In this document: positions 49,321-61,830 of the stretch, one piece after another
Layout of the letters: the number at the start of each line of letters is the position of its first letter
Numbering within the stretch: the stretch's first letter is position 1
DNA from: Octopus sinensis
Lineage: Eukaryota
Assembly (NCBI RefSeq): GCF_006345805.1
Contig: NW_021833757.1
Coordinates: 1-64,000, forward strand
Direction of reading: 5' to 3'
Length of the DNA: 64,000 nt
Notes under the pieces: model-generated
What the model was told of the DNA's origin: nothing
Databases searched by the model: none
The model's input: the letters and a program-made list of their open reading frames with translations, nothing else
Translations under genes and position numbers: made by a program

Positions 49321-50193
49321 CATTCACAGCAATGATTTTTATAGGAGCTATGTTGCTGGTGTGCTCCTCACTAGTAGGACCTGTTGCAGCATCTCAGGTT
49401 CCAAACGGTGAATCCAGCTGACTCGTCTGCGAACCAAAATTTTTTGACTAAAGGACCCGGACTTCTGCAACGTTATTTGGGTTTTTAAGCATTCGGCGAT
49501 TTCGACAGGAGGTTAAACCTATTGATCTTTCTCTGGATTCCTTTCCTGTTTCATCTGTACCGAGTTTCTTTTCGGGATCTTTGTTAATGAAGTCTTTTCC
49601 AGTCTCTATGTTTCTGAGTTTCTTTCCAAACTTGTTGACTTTTACCTTGAAATAATCATCGTATTACTGACGCAAGTCAATTGATGTTATTTAATTTTTT
49701 CATTCTTTTCATAAGTGTCTTCTTTGTGGTTTCATAGTCCATTTGAACTTTGATCATATTATGCGAGAGGATTTCAGTTCTGGAAAGCAACGTCTTTGAC
49801 AGGGAAATCACACATTTCACGCGCCAAATGAGAGACCTACCTTTCCTGTCATCCCTTCGGAACATTTTTTCATTATCTCTAAAAAGACTAACCGGTTCCA
49901 AGATAGACGGGAATCCCGCGGAATCGAATGCCCTCTTAATGACTTCATCTTTAATAAAAAATACCAAAAATTGATACTTCTTCAGATTAATCAAATCCAT
50001 CTGGAATCTTTCATTTGGACCAGTGATTCTCAAGTGTGCGGTCTTTGGATTCAATTATGTCCCGTTGTAAACTTTTAGTTTGTCTTTTTTAATATAAATA
50101 AATTTTATTTTTATTCTACTTTGTATTAATTTTTTTGTTTAATTGGATTCAGAAAGAATATTTCGTGATGCAGTTTCTTTTAATGATTAATTT

Positions 50194-50864
50194 TTTTTTT
50201 AAATAATAGTTTGTTAAACAAGAAAGAAATTAAAGATAGCTAAGTTAATTAAAGGCCTCACGAGACACCCGATAGCCTCGCGAATGGCGAAGCCGTTCCC
50301 TCGGATCACAGCAATCGACAGACGTTCCAGGAGCCAAGAAAACTCTCTTGGATCGTGACTAGTCCTTGAAATCAGTCGACCGAGCGAGCGAAGGAAGCGG
50401 AGTGTCTTGGGGCCGAAGATCCCGGAGGACTCCACGGCAATTGGAGTAAAGAGCAGCGAGTTGGAGAGGTGGCCGTACTTGAGAATCTTTCGCTCCTCGG
50501 CCTGCCTCGAAGCGTGCCCAGGATTGGCGGCGGACAGAGCGAGATTTCCCAGCGAGAACGTGTCCGAACAGGTAGAATCCCAAATAAGGGATTTCCCCTG
50601 CTCGTATGGGAAGGTGGACATGCCGTCAGGCGTTTGCCATCCCCTCTATCCAATCCAACAGGTTCAAGGATTGACGGGATGCCTGCTAAAGCGAGGGCTC
50701 TCTGTATGACTGAGTTGAGTTCATTGTGATGGGGGGCACGACCGGCACTCCGCCGGCAAGCGAGGGGATGCAAACCGTACTCGTCAACAGTTCCCCCACA
50801 ACGGCATTTGTGCGTCTGGCAGATTTTCAGCCCGACACGGAGGGAGATTGCAATTCTTAGGCAC
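50194..50864 (-). mobile_element. Arm-2 copy of the 5'-truncated CRE-like insertion
   Basis: Same sequence and TSD (50184-50193 and 50865-50874). One 1-bp deletion near the RPDG motif. Confidence 0.92.
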
Positions 50865-51967
50865 TGATTAATTTATCTGAAATTTCATCATTTTTGAAAT
50901 ATTTTTTGATTTTATTTCTCTAATCTGCTTTCTTCACTTTTGAAATTTTTCGATTTTATTTTTTTAATCTTCTTTTTTTAATTTGTTTGAAATTTAATTT
51001 AGTTGATTGATTATTCCATGGAGTGATATTATATATGCAGGTATAATATAAGAAAATCCTCCCGTAAATCGGTCAGTCCGTGCTGTTTCTTTAATCGCAT
51101 TTGGGCTACTCTTATAGCCTCACTCTGGGTTGTAAATATTTCGGAGTAATTGGAAATCATTATAAAAGAAAATACTGGATGTTTATTCAATTTAATACCG
51201 TGCTTTCTCCGGACCCAATTTTTGCAACTTATCTTGTATAGGTTACAATAGTGTATAAATCTATTTCAAACGTATAGATTCCTCCATTGTAAACATGTAC
51301 AAGAATTACGATCGATAATTGTTCTAGGAGTATAAAATTTGATAATATTCCGTTTATAAAATTATTCAAATCATCGGGTTCCTATTACAAGACAGTCTAG
51401 AAAACAAATCAATTCAAAAAGTACGAAAAATAACGACAAATTTCTTGTTCCAGGAAATAAAACATTCATGTTTTCAGAAAAACCAATGAACCAATTTTTG
51501 CTTCAAGCGAAATGTCAGCGTCCACTTGTTTGAGTAAATCGATATTTATTATCTTGTATGTTCAAAAAATTCTCAGTAACCTCCTCCAGCACCAAAGTTC
51601 AAAATCATCAATTTTTTGTTTACTGCATTTTGTCTTTAAGAAATATCCTTGTTTTCCATATACTGTTTATATTTAGGATAGCACTCGCCAAATGATAATT
51701 TGCTTCTTGATTTCCAAACTTCTGTCAGCATTCCAATTAATTAGGCATCTAGGGAGACAACGTTCTAGTGAAACGAAAAATATTCAATTTTACCTGAAAT
51801 TCAGACATTTCCCGCTATTTTTATTGATTAAAAAACCCTAAATATGTAACGAATTAAAATTTCATCAGCCATTTGCTAGACACGTGAACCAGCGCAATAT
51901 AACAACTATAAAAGCCTTGTCCTTAATATTAGTCGAAAATGTTATTCGGTCGTATATAGCAAACCTC

Positions 51968-52616
51968 ATGGTTTATCGAGATGTAATCGTGGCTGCAAAT
52001 TACCTTTTCTTAATGAACAAGTTCATAAATCGTCGATTGGATTCCTATTTTTGTAATAACAATTTTGTTCATCCAAATATCTCAAACAAGGTAGAACAAA
52101 TTATTTTTACTTCCAGACTGAGAAATGTCCACAGTCTAATAACAACTTCAGCATAGAGAGCATTTTGGGAACTAATTCTACCATTCCCTCCGTCTACTCT
52201 TCCAACAGTGACCCACTCAATCTCCTCTTTTTGGCTTCTACTGAACCCAAAATAGTCAACCAAGGAAACCAGAGTATAGAAAAAACTCAGGAAAAAAATA
52301 TAAGAGTTCGAAAATTTGTTTGCAACTACGAAAACTGCGGAAAAGCCTATTTCAAGAATTCTCACTTAAAGACTCATTATCGGAAGCACACGGGTAAAAA
52401 GCATAAATAACCATAATAGGTGAGAAACCATACAAATGCAATTTTGAAAATTGTAGCAGATGTTTCTCGCGGTCAGATGAACTGGGGAGACACCGACGCA
52501 TGCACACGGGAGAAAGGAACTATACATGCCCTTACTGCCAGCGGAAATACATTCGCTCTGACCATCTATCCAAACACGTTCAAAACAAACACATTAAAAA
52601 CAAAAAAAATAAATAA
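51968..52616 (+). CDS. KLF: KLF9/13-like, second intact copy
   Basis: Introns 52091-52116 and 52394-52419 (26 nt each). Differs from the first copy by an in-frame 3-nt deletion near the start and a few substitutions. Confidence 0.92.
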
Positions 52617-54479
52617 AAACTTTTCAATATTCCATTTATAAATAATTTTTAAATTTTTTGATAATTTTCATCACGTGAACTCTGATTTGAGCACCTGAAA
52701 ATTCTTGGGCGGGGATGTGGTTAATAGGTTGATATAGTATTCAAATTAATTTATAAAAATCGTGATGTACACGTGTAATACGTGGTTTAGATAAATTGTA
52801 CTTGAAAGGGTGACCCAAATAGTTTGAGATTCAATTGAATAATTTATTATAAGAAAAGGTTTGACGCATTTTTAATTGAAAAATAATTTCTCCCAACAAA
52901 TTCAATATCATTATAGTCTCAATCCTCAGATTTTACAAAAACATAACAATTGGGATTAAAAAACCAACTAATTGATTAATTGTACAAAAAATAAAATCAA
53001 ACATATTTTTGAAGACCAAACCATCTCCAGTCACAAGTGTATAAATAAATTTATGTGTAATTGAGCACTTTAATCAGACATTGACACGAGGTATGGGGAA
53101 ACTCATGGAAATAACAATTAAAAACAATTTTTTGACTAAGTAATTTTTTATGATACGACAAATCACTTGGCAATCTTTTTTCAACAAGGTTTTTTAACAT
53201 CTGCTCCTACTACATATTAAATATTTTCAATTGGATTAGCCATTGGACTGTATGGAGCCAATTTTCTTAAATTTATGAATCTTAAATTCTTCTTTTAATA
53301 AAATTTCTTCAATACGAGATTTGCAGGGGTGTTATACAAGTAAAAATTCGACCACTCTTCTGTAGATATTGCTTGTCAAAAGAAGATTCGAGGGATTTAT
53401 GTAGAATCTCCAAGACAGCCTTCGGTAGCATGAGTGAGAAGATGTGAAAGCCGGGGGGCGGGGAAGTTTTAGGGCAGATCTTAGGCCATCTCTGCCAGTA
53501 CATTGTCCAGTATCATTATTGAACCAAATGTTTTGGATCGTCTCAACACACAATTTTAACGTATTATCAATAGAATGCACTATTTCATTTTGACACTCTT
53601 AGTCCGGAGGTGGTTTTGCAATTCGGACTCCCCAAAAGTACACCTGAAAAAATAAACATTATTGAGGTGTGTTTGTTTTCTGCCTGCCAAGATTCCTAAA
53701 ATATTCTCTATTCTAAGCAAGTCTTGTATTGGGACTGAGATATTCTTGATCTCAGTTTGTTGTGTTGACTATCAGTCCTATTGTTGAAAAGGCACTAACA
53801 ATTTTAGATAGCTCATCCATGTAATACATTTATATTTTAAGAAATGAGACAAAGTGCAGCTAGCAAGAATATTTAATCCCCTTCTAATGGCCTTTATATA
53901 ACTCTCACAATGTTCCTAGTTAGCAATAAACAACCAAACACTCAAATTTGATAGAATCTGTGCAGTGTTCTTTCAAAAGAGCCAAAAAATATAATTAAAA
54001 ATCCTCAAACTTTGTTTTTTTGAACAGGTAATGTATAATCTTCAATTGTTAGAATGTCTACACCAATAAAATAATATTTCGAGGCGACAGAAATTACAAG
54101 ATCTCTACCGTGAGCCAAATTGAAATCGAACTGGCTTGGACACTGGATATAAGGTCGATTATAGGAACTACGTCTGAGATCTATCCAACTCTATCCCAGC
54201 AATTAAGAATCGCATCAATAGTAGACCAATCTAATTTTATATTATTTTCAACTAAAAATGTTTTGTTGTAATTTTATGTCGTAAAATTTCAAATTTCACT
54301 GTTTCATTGTAACCAACCAATAAAATGCACTTTTTCAAACATTCTCATTGGGAATCCACTTCGAAGAGTCAATGCTAGTTTTAACATTTTATTTATTATT
54401 AAGACATTAGAATAATAATAAACAAACATTGGTTAATCTAAATTTTTTAATTAAAATAAAATAACTGTTCTAAATACAG

Positions 54480-54645
54480 CTTGTCACATTCATCGATTCC
54501 GTTGTGGAAAGCTATTTTTGCCATACGAAACCCACGGTATCTAGTGCTGCATGAGTGCCGGAAGAATCCTTCAGCAATTGTCTAGTAACGATTTTATCCA
54601 AAGAGCTCTCTGGTAGGTTGGTTTTCCATCAATACTGTATCCACT
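54480..54645 (+). mobile_element. Old CRE-like RLE remnant
   Basis: HRFRCG...HGI*CCMSAGR...NDFIQRAL..GFPSIL.P. Confidence 0.6.
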
Positions 54646-55199
54646 GGACCCGAAAGGTTGGCCGATGTCGGTTAATATTAATATATTAACAATTATATTT
54701 TCCATTCGTCTTGTTAACGTAAGTTTATCACCAATTCTCTACCAAGAAATATATAGCGGACCACTAGCTCTCCTTTGGGTATGGTTGGGGTAGTTAAACA
54801 CCTTTACCGGGTGTTTGGTTCATTCCACAACGCCAGTCATGCTTACCATAATTGGTCCACTTGGTACTGTAATTTTACATGTGCCTACAATCAAGTGAGT
54901 CACATATCTCAAAGTTTGAGAATATTATGCACCCATTCTGAGCACAGATATCTAATCATTGGCTTTAACATATGAAACTTTTTTACGAACACCGCCTATC
55001 ATGAGAGAAATTTTTAAATCCAGGTAGTTTCACTATTTCGCGTGGTAATACAGTAATCTCCTTCTATTATGAATTACTTATACGCAAAGTATCAGTTATT
55101 GTAAATGTACCGAATTTAATTCCCATAGTCTATAAATCTTTTACCAACTTACTTTTAATAATTTTCGTTAAAAAATCCACTTACATTATTAACATTCGT

Positions 55200-55445
55200 T
55201 TCGCAGAAAAAAAAATCTGCTTCTAAACTTGCAAAGCATTTCAATTCTTTGATTGGAAATTTTTTCAAAAAGAACCATCGGCACTAATCAGAAAGACAAA
55301 GAAATATATTCAAAAGTGTGCCAAAAAACCTATATTTGTCCAAAAAATAAAAATGTTTTGTTCTATCCAAAAAATTATTGCAGTATTCGCAAAATCATGG
55401 AAGTCGACTATTTTTACGGACGAATGCTGTTTTGAAATCTTTGTT
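55200..55445 (+). mobile_element. Tc1-family transposase remnant
   Basis: WKSTIFTDECCFEIF resembles WKTIIFSDEASFQIF of 7046. Confidence 0.6.
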
Positions 55446-55730
55446 TATTTGATTAACCAATGTTTGTTTATTAAAAAAATTATGCTATTGAAAAATAATA
55501 CACGTCTAAAAATCGCATTTATCTCCAATTGTAAAATTTGGAGGAGTGAGACTTATGCCGTGGGGTTGTTTCAGCTATTACGGACTACGAAATTTAGCAA
55601 TTCTAAACAGTAAGATGAAGATCTAATAAGGAAACTCATCAAGAGCATCCCAAAAATATCCAGTGATGTTGTATTTGCAAAAAAAGATTAAATCTTTAAA
55701 CAATTTATTCAGATTTGCATTTGTCATAAC

Positions 55731-57053
55731 TAGGGATGATAAAGTTAATAAAGTTAAATTTTAATATTTTAAATAAAAATTAAATAAAAACTGTTTTTAT
55801 ATTATTTTTAAACGTTCTATCTTTATATTTTAAAAAATTATAAAGTTAAAAAGTTAAAAAAATAAATCGTAAGGTTAAATTTTTTTAACTTTATTTTATT
55901 TAATTATTTCAACAAATTATTATTATACGATTAAATAAATATTAAACAGCGTGTAAATTACAAGTTTTTGTTGTATGCAGCGTACTTCTAAGTCTTATCT
56001 AACTAAAGCAAAATTAATTGTCAACGAATTCCCAAAGGAATTTCAGTTAAATAACAACGATGAATTGTTTTGTAAACTATGCTTAACAACATAAAGTGCT
56101 CGAAAAAGCATTTTGTTAACCTCCACAGGATATCAAAGAAACATAAGACTTTAGTTGGTAAGGATTTTTCGATAATATATCTTTTTCATGTTAATTGCGT
56201 TACCCATATTTTGCATAATTGTTCAATGGAGGTCAGAAAATCTTATCCAGAAGTTGATGATGTGATAGCTAGCGTGCATGCTTCTGTCAGGAAGAACCAC
56301 AAGCGAAAATTGTTGTTTTACGAAATTGGAATTCCTCCGAAAGTTGTGTTGACGAGATGGGGCACCTGGTTAAAGGCTGCATCTTTTTATTCAAGAAATT
56401 TAATCTCAGTGATTAACATTTTTGATTTGATTGAGGACGAAGGAATACTAGTGACTGCCACCAAAAATGCATTGAAAAGTGAAAAACTAGTAAAAAGCTT
56501 ATGTGCAATTTCGCATAACTATTCACATATTCCAGGTTTTTCATATAGTAATTAATCTCATAGAGAAAATATTACAACTTGAAAGTAACGAATGTACAAT
56601 AGAATTTGCATATTCGACGTTAAGTACACTTGACTTGTGGAATGATGAAGCAGGGATCAAAAAATATTTAGAGAAGAGAATTTTAGAGAGCGATATGACT
56701 AAAATTATTAATATGGATAATAAAAATATCTCTCCGGAAGATTATTCGTTACTTCAAAATTGTCAACCATCCTCGGCATCTATCGAACGATGCTTTTCGC
56801 AATTTAGGAGTTTTATGAGGGCATACAGAAACTTTGCTACACAAAATTTGGAAAATTATGTTATGTCCATTTTCAATAAATAGTCTTTAAAGTATTTTAT
56901 TGTTTCTTATTTATACTTTACAGGTTTAACCTGAGAATAAATAAAGTTTAATTTTTTTAATTTTAAGGTTAAAAATTTTGGTTTATAGGTTAATAAAGTT
57001 AACTTTTTAAGGTTAAATTTTTCAATTTTTAAGGTTAAAAAATGTTGGCCCTA
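55731..57053 (+). mobile_element. Internally deleted hAT element (CGGBP1-like) with 8-bp TSD and a 28-nt intron
   Basis: TAGGG...CCCTA ends and TSD gtcataac (55723-55730 and 57054-57061). ATG at 55975, LFCKLC, HVNCVTHILH, TRWGTW and SASIERCFS. Intron 56536-56563 joins two ORFs. Confidence 0.9.
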
Positions 57054-57400
57054 GTCATAACACTTGTTCATCAATCTTCAAAAGAAGTATGCAACAACTT
57101 AAGATCGCTTTTCTAGACCTTGCAAAATTTTGCAATCAGATAATACTTCAGAATTCAAAAATGTGTCTCTGAGAAATCCAAGCGAAGAGTTCAACGTAGT
57201 TCAGATACATGGAAGACCAAAAAATTCGCCTACACAGTGGATTGTAGAACTTGTTAAACAAATGATCACCCGAAAACTTTCCAAAATTATGTAAACAGGT
57301 AAAAAAGTGACTATGGATTTTGAAAAATGGAGTGTACTATTATAACAAGGCTGTACACTCATTTTCAAAATAGAGACCTTTCGAAAGATATCGTGCGGAA
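57054..57400 (+). mobile_element. Ginger-like integrase remnant (target of the hAT insertion)
   Basis: The rejoined site reads FAFVITLVHQSSKEV, followed by ILQSDNTSEF and IHGRP. Confidence 0.7.
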
Positions 57401-57573
57401 TAAACACTGTTGTTGCAGATTATAAATTTCAAATTGTGTTTTTAAAAAATATTAAAAATTAGAAATTTGTTGGAATCAAGACTCATTTGATAATTCAAGT
57501 ATTTTAACTTTTTTTTGGTTGAGGTGGTGACGTGGCTCTCTTGCACGATGTCTAAGACACACAATACAACTGA

Positions 57574-59065
57574 ATGGGCCTATCTTTCAATGTTCGGGGT
57601 CTTTGCCAGACATGGAAAAAGAAAGCGCTTTTCAATGACATGGAGAAGTATCGTGCTGACTTCGGATGCATACAAGAGACCAAACTAAAGTCGGGACTTA
57701 ACATACGGAAACTACTGAATGATCTTGCTACCCTCTGCCCAGAAACCTTCATTGGACGACATGGAAGAGGATATAGAAACCTGCCAGGAACCATATTAGC
57801 CAACTTCTGCAAAACGCTTGGACTTTTCTTATGCAACAAGTCTTTTGACCACCCTGCTCGGCATAAATTCACCTGGACGGGAAGGCGACGTGACAAAAAT
57901 GGGAACTGCGTGCCTATTTATAACCAAATTGACTACATCATTTGCCGACAAAAAGATGCATGTCTCCTATTGGACTCTCACTCTTATGGTGGATCACTCG
58001 TCAGCAGATTCAGTCTGCAGAAATCATACTTGCTGAAAAAATCAAATCATCGAATGACTCATACACCGGGCTGACGGAAAAACTGGTCTTCTCACCATCG
58101 ACCCGAAACATCTACAAATCATCGATTGAATAATCACTCAAAAATATGAAGCCTGGACTAATCCCGACTGCAGCTTGGAAAGCTATGTCTAGTGGCATCC
58201 ATTAGGCCGCAGATAAATGTGTTGGAAAACATACAAAGAACACTACCAGACTGTTCTATCCGGATGTTTTCTCCCTATCGGCTGAACAAAATGAGCTCAT
58301 GTTGACGATTGAGAACACAAACATGCACTGAAAGCCCGACGAGCAATTATTTAGAAACAAATAAAGCGATTGAACAACGATAAACAAGAGACACGGCCGT
58401 ATTCAATCGCTTATTTGTTGGAACCTCGACTAGGAGCTGGAATCTTCAAGGACAATGCACGAATGTTTCACATTACGGCTGCTAAACAAAGAAAAGCAGT
58501 CTAAACTTCTACTCCTAACCAACAAAGGAACTAAAGTATCTGACCCAGTGGAACAGGTAAGCCTTATAGCGGATTTCTTTGAACACGATTAAACAAGAAC
58601 ACGGAGACGATATCACCTTTCTCTGCCCCAACACGACCTCTGAGGTGACTCCCTTTCACCACTGTTCTTCGTGATTTACCTCGAAGCTGCCCTAAGAGAG
58701 CTGAGAAGCGTGGAGTCAATCACCGAAATTATCTACGCGAATGATGTCGACTTGGTGTCGAGCGACAGATCAGCACTGGCTAGACTGCTGGAGATTGCAT
58801 CAGGAAAACTCGGGGAATGGTTTCTAAAAATGAACCCGGACAAGACGGAAGTGGTTGAGATATCACGCTCAGACACTCAACTTATGGAGACTGTCCAAGA
58901 AGCTTGGCTCACCCCACCGATTGTTCTGCAAGACGACTTGAGGCTTTTAAAGAAAACCCTGAAGACCTGTGATGATCTCGACCAACTCCGGATACTGACC
59001 CAAAACCGCGGAAGCTGGAAATCGTTGGTACAGAAGGTCGTGTGTGGCACGTGTAGGAATATAAC
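57574..59065 (+). mobile_element. RTE-like LINE, internally deleted
   Basis: APE motifs FNVRGL, CIQETK, NQIDYI and SH; RT remnant IYANDVDL; RTE-type C-terminus. Confidence 0.8.
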
Positions 59066-59214
59066 TCTTTCTGTTGATGTCCCTACGGAATGTGCTAAAA
59101 TAATAATAATTTACTGGGCTAGGCGTCAGCTATACGCTGGGGGTAGAGTTATCATTATTAATAAGCACATCACAAAATAACGTTAGTAAAGTTATCTCTC
59201 TTGTGCCACCCTCT

Positions 59215-59480
59215 CCTGGATGTGTTTTGTTAATCGCTTCAAGTCCCTCTGTTCCTCGATAGTTCTCTCAGGTGCTCAAGATCGTCTGCTGATTTTAACC
59301 CTTTTTCAATCAAAGTATGGTCTTGATGCAGAAGGGTTGCTAATTCGTGGTCTTCCTCGGAAGGTCGTTTCCGGATGAGGAGTGTTGCGGGGTTTTCTTA
59401 GGATGCATTTCAGCTGCATTCTGTGGAAGGAATTCAGATTTTCATTTCGTGCACTGTGAGTGTCCAAGAGGAGGAGTTGT
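59215..59480 (-). mobile_element. RTE-like 3' fragment
   Basis: LNSFHRMQL..IL, RGRPR and DDLEHLRELSRNRG. Confidence 0.6.
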
Positions 59481-60686
59481 AGTTATGGGTTGTTTTAATT
59501 AATTTCTATTTATTAAAATAAACATTTTATAAGCACTAAATAAACATTTTATATAATAAATTGTTACTTTTCTAATATGCTATTTATTTTTGTCTCGTGT
59601 GGTTTTTTTGTAATCTAACAGTCTTTCGAAAAATATCAAAAAATGAAACCACTCATCATATAATCAATAAAGTATAAATAAAATCGATAGTAACAAAACG
59701 GGCTGGTTTATAAACGGACAATGACATTTAATATTAAGGAAACCACCCACGATGACTCATAGGCACTACACCAGCCGTATTCACTTCCTATTTTACAACC
59801 ACTACCAAAGTGCCCAAGATGTATAATTTTTCGAAACTTTTTTTGGGACTTGTCAGTATAGAAATTATTCCAGACAACATCCGAGTATTTTGCCTGAAAT
59901 TAATATATGCAGGTCATTTTCGACAGTTGCAATCATGAAGATGGTCCTAAAAATACTAAAAGAGATGACTGTCATTGACAGCATGTGGGCCCCTCTTTTT
60001 AGGCGCAAATAAAACGCAATGTTGGAAAGAATTTTCCAAAAAATATTATAGACATCTAATTCTATACCATTTCAGGCTTAAAGTGGGTCTTACCAAGAGC
60101 AAAGTGGCACTTATCAAAAGCAAACTGATACAAAAAATAATTTCTGTATTTTTAAACAAAATGACTAAGCAACATTGAATAGTGTCGAAATCAATTGCAA
60201 AAACGACTAGGCAAAACCTATATATTTGCATGCTTACGAAAATCAAACATGTTTACATTGATTCTAACTCAATTAACCGGATCAACGTAGAGACAACTCA
60301 TTTAATCAAACAGCATATTTGAATCAAATTATATCGACATTTAATATGTTTCGCTATCAATGAGGCTGGGAGGGCGTCCTAGACTGCGAGTCCTGCATGT
60401 TATTGACGCCTGGCTTATTTACTATTAATTTATTTCGATAATCCTAAACCACACTCAATGCACTCTCATCAATAAAGAGTTCTGGGATAAGTAATATATT
60501 CATATTTAGGACAATTCTAGCAAACAGCGTGCTCTAACATGGTTAACAGCCATTTAATTTGAAAATAATTTAGTAAAGAAATAACGCGGGTAGGAAGACA
60601 CGTGAATAGACTAAGTATTTATACTTGATTGCCGTTTTGCGTTTGATTTCTATATATTTGTTCATAAAATGTTTTGTTTTTATAAT

Positions 60687-61161
60687 CCTAAAAATATCAC
60701 CATGTCCATCCGAGTACCCAATTTTGAGTATGTGACAGAAATATTAGGAAAACAAAGTGCTGCGTGAATATTAACCGACAGGGTGAAAATCAAAGCAATT
60801 TGTGAAGACAAAAACACATTCATCAAGAATCCTACCAGAAAAGAAGAACTAATCTTCTGCGTGACTGGGGAACCTGAGGATGTCGAAAAGGCCATCGACA
60901 AAATAAAATGTGCTGCCCAACATTTTTCCAAAATCCGCTCGACACAACTCGTGGGGGATGAACAGGTCGTGGCGTAGGTGAAGGTACCTGACCACTGATT
61001 GTCGGATATGGTGGAATGACGATCAAACGAATACACCACGAGACTAGCACATATATTGTTCGCCCACTCGAGGGAGGGAGCCCGTTTTCGTAATCATTGG
61101 GAAGACCAGTTTTACCTGTCCATATAATAAATTCAAAACACACGTTCAGACGAGAACAGGG
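60687..61161 (+). pseudogene. MEX3: MEX-3 KH-domain RNA-binding protein pseudogene
   Basis: VPNFEYVTEILGKQ|..KIKAI...TFIKNP..EELIFCVTG..EDV..A...I..AAQHFS and VKVP..LIVG..GMTIKRI...STYIV.P. Likely 25-nt intron 60757-60781 at the conserved position. One stop and three frameshifts. Confidence 0.85.
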
Positions 61162-61749
61162 GTGCATAAGAAGCTGTATTTTCATAAAGATGGAGGAAAT
61201 AGAGACCATTAATAACAAGAGCATTGAGTCAGGTGACGAGGAACAGTCAAGGAATATCACCCATAAAAGCACGACTCCTGCTAGCAGGGGTTCACATCTT
61301 CGCCCAGTGATCAATCTCGGGATACCACCAATGCGGGGTATGAATCTTGTTGGCACATACAATTTTTCCGAATTCTATTTTTGGGTGTTATGACCCGTCG
61401 CTTCGTATGTTCTCCTACTTGCATTACTTGGAAACAATGTGTTATATTCACTTTCTCAATTTGCAACTTTATTACGAATAAATTAACACATTCTTTGATA
61501 TAAAATTCCAATTTCTGTTTATTTCTTAAGTTATTTTCTATTTTTTAATTTACTCGGATATAAAATAGAGGCATTGGATACAAAATCTTTTAGAGGACTT
61601 TAAAGACTTTCCCGTAAGTCTTATCAATTAGTGGAAAATAATTTATTTTTTTATATACTTGATGTTTTATTGCCAATTTGAGATACTGAAAACAAATAAA
61701 GTTAGTAATGGGCAGAGAGGAAACTCAGGGGGGGAAACTCCTTGAGCTT

Positions 61750-61830
61750 AGTTGTTTGTCCAAAGGCACTGATTTACAAAAATTTATAAAACTTTTACCA
61801 GCTATTTTGAATTTTCTTGAATCGAAAATG
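61750..61830 (+). mobile_element. Small hAT transposase remnant
   Basis: CLSKGTDLQKFIKLLPAILNFLESK resembles the hAT RWLSKG..L.RF motif. Confidence 0.45.

Larger units (their letters stand above)
39655..54309. repeat. Right arm of the large inverted duplication
   Basis: Same gene and TE order as 1-13394, inverted. Private CRE-like insertion at 43364-46392. Empty Tc1 site near 47778. Confidence 0.97.
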
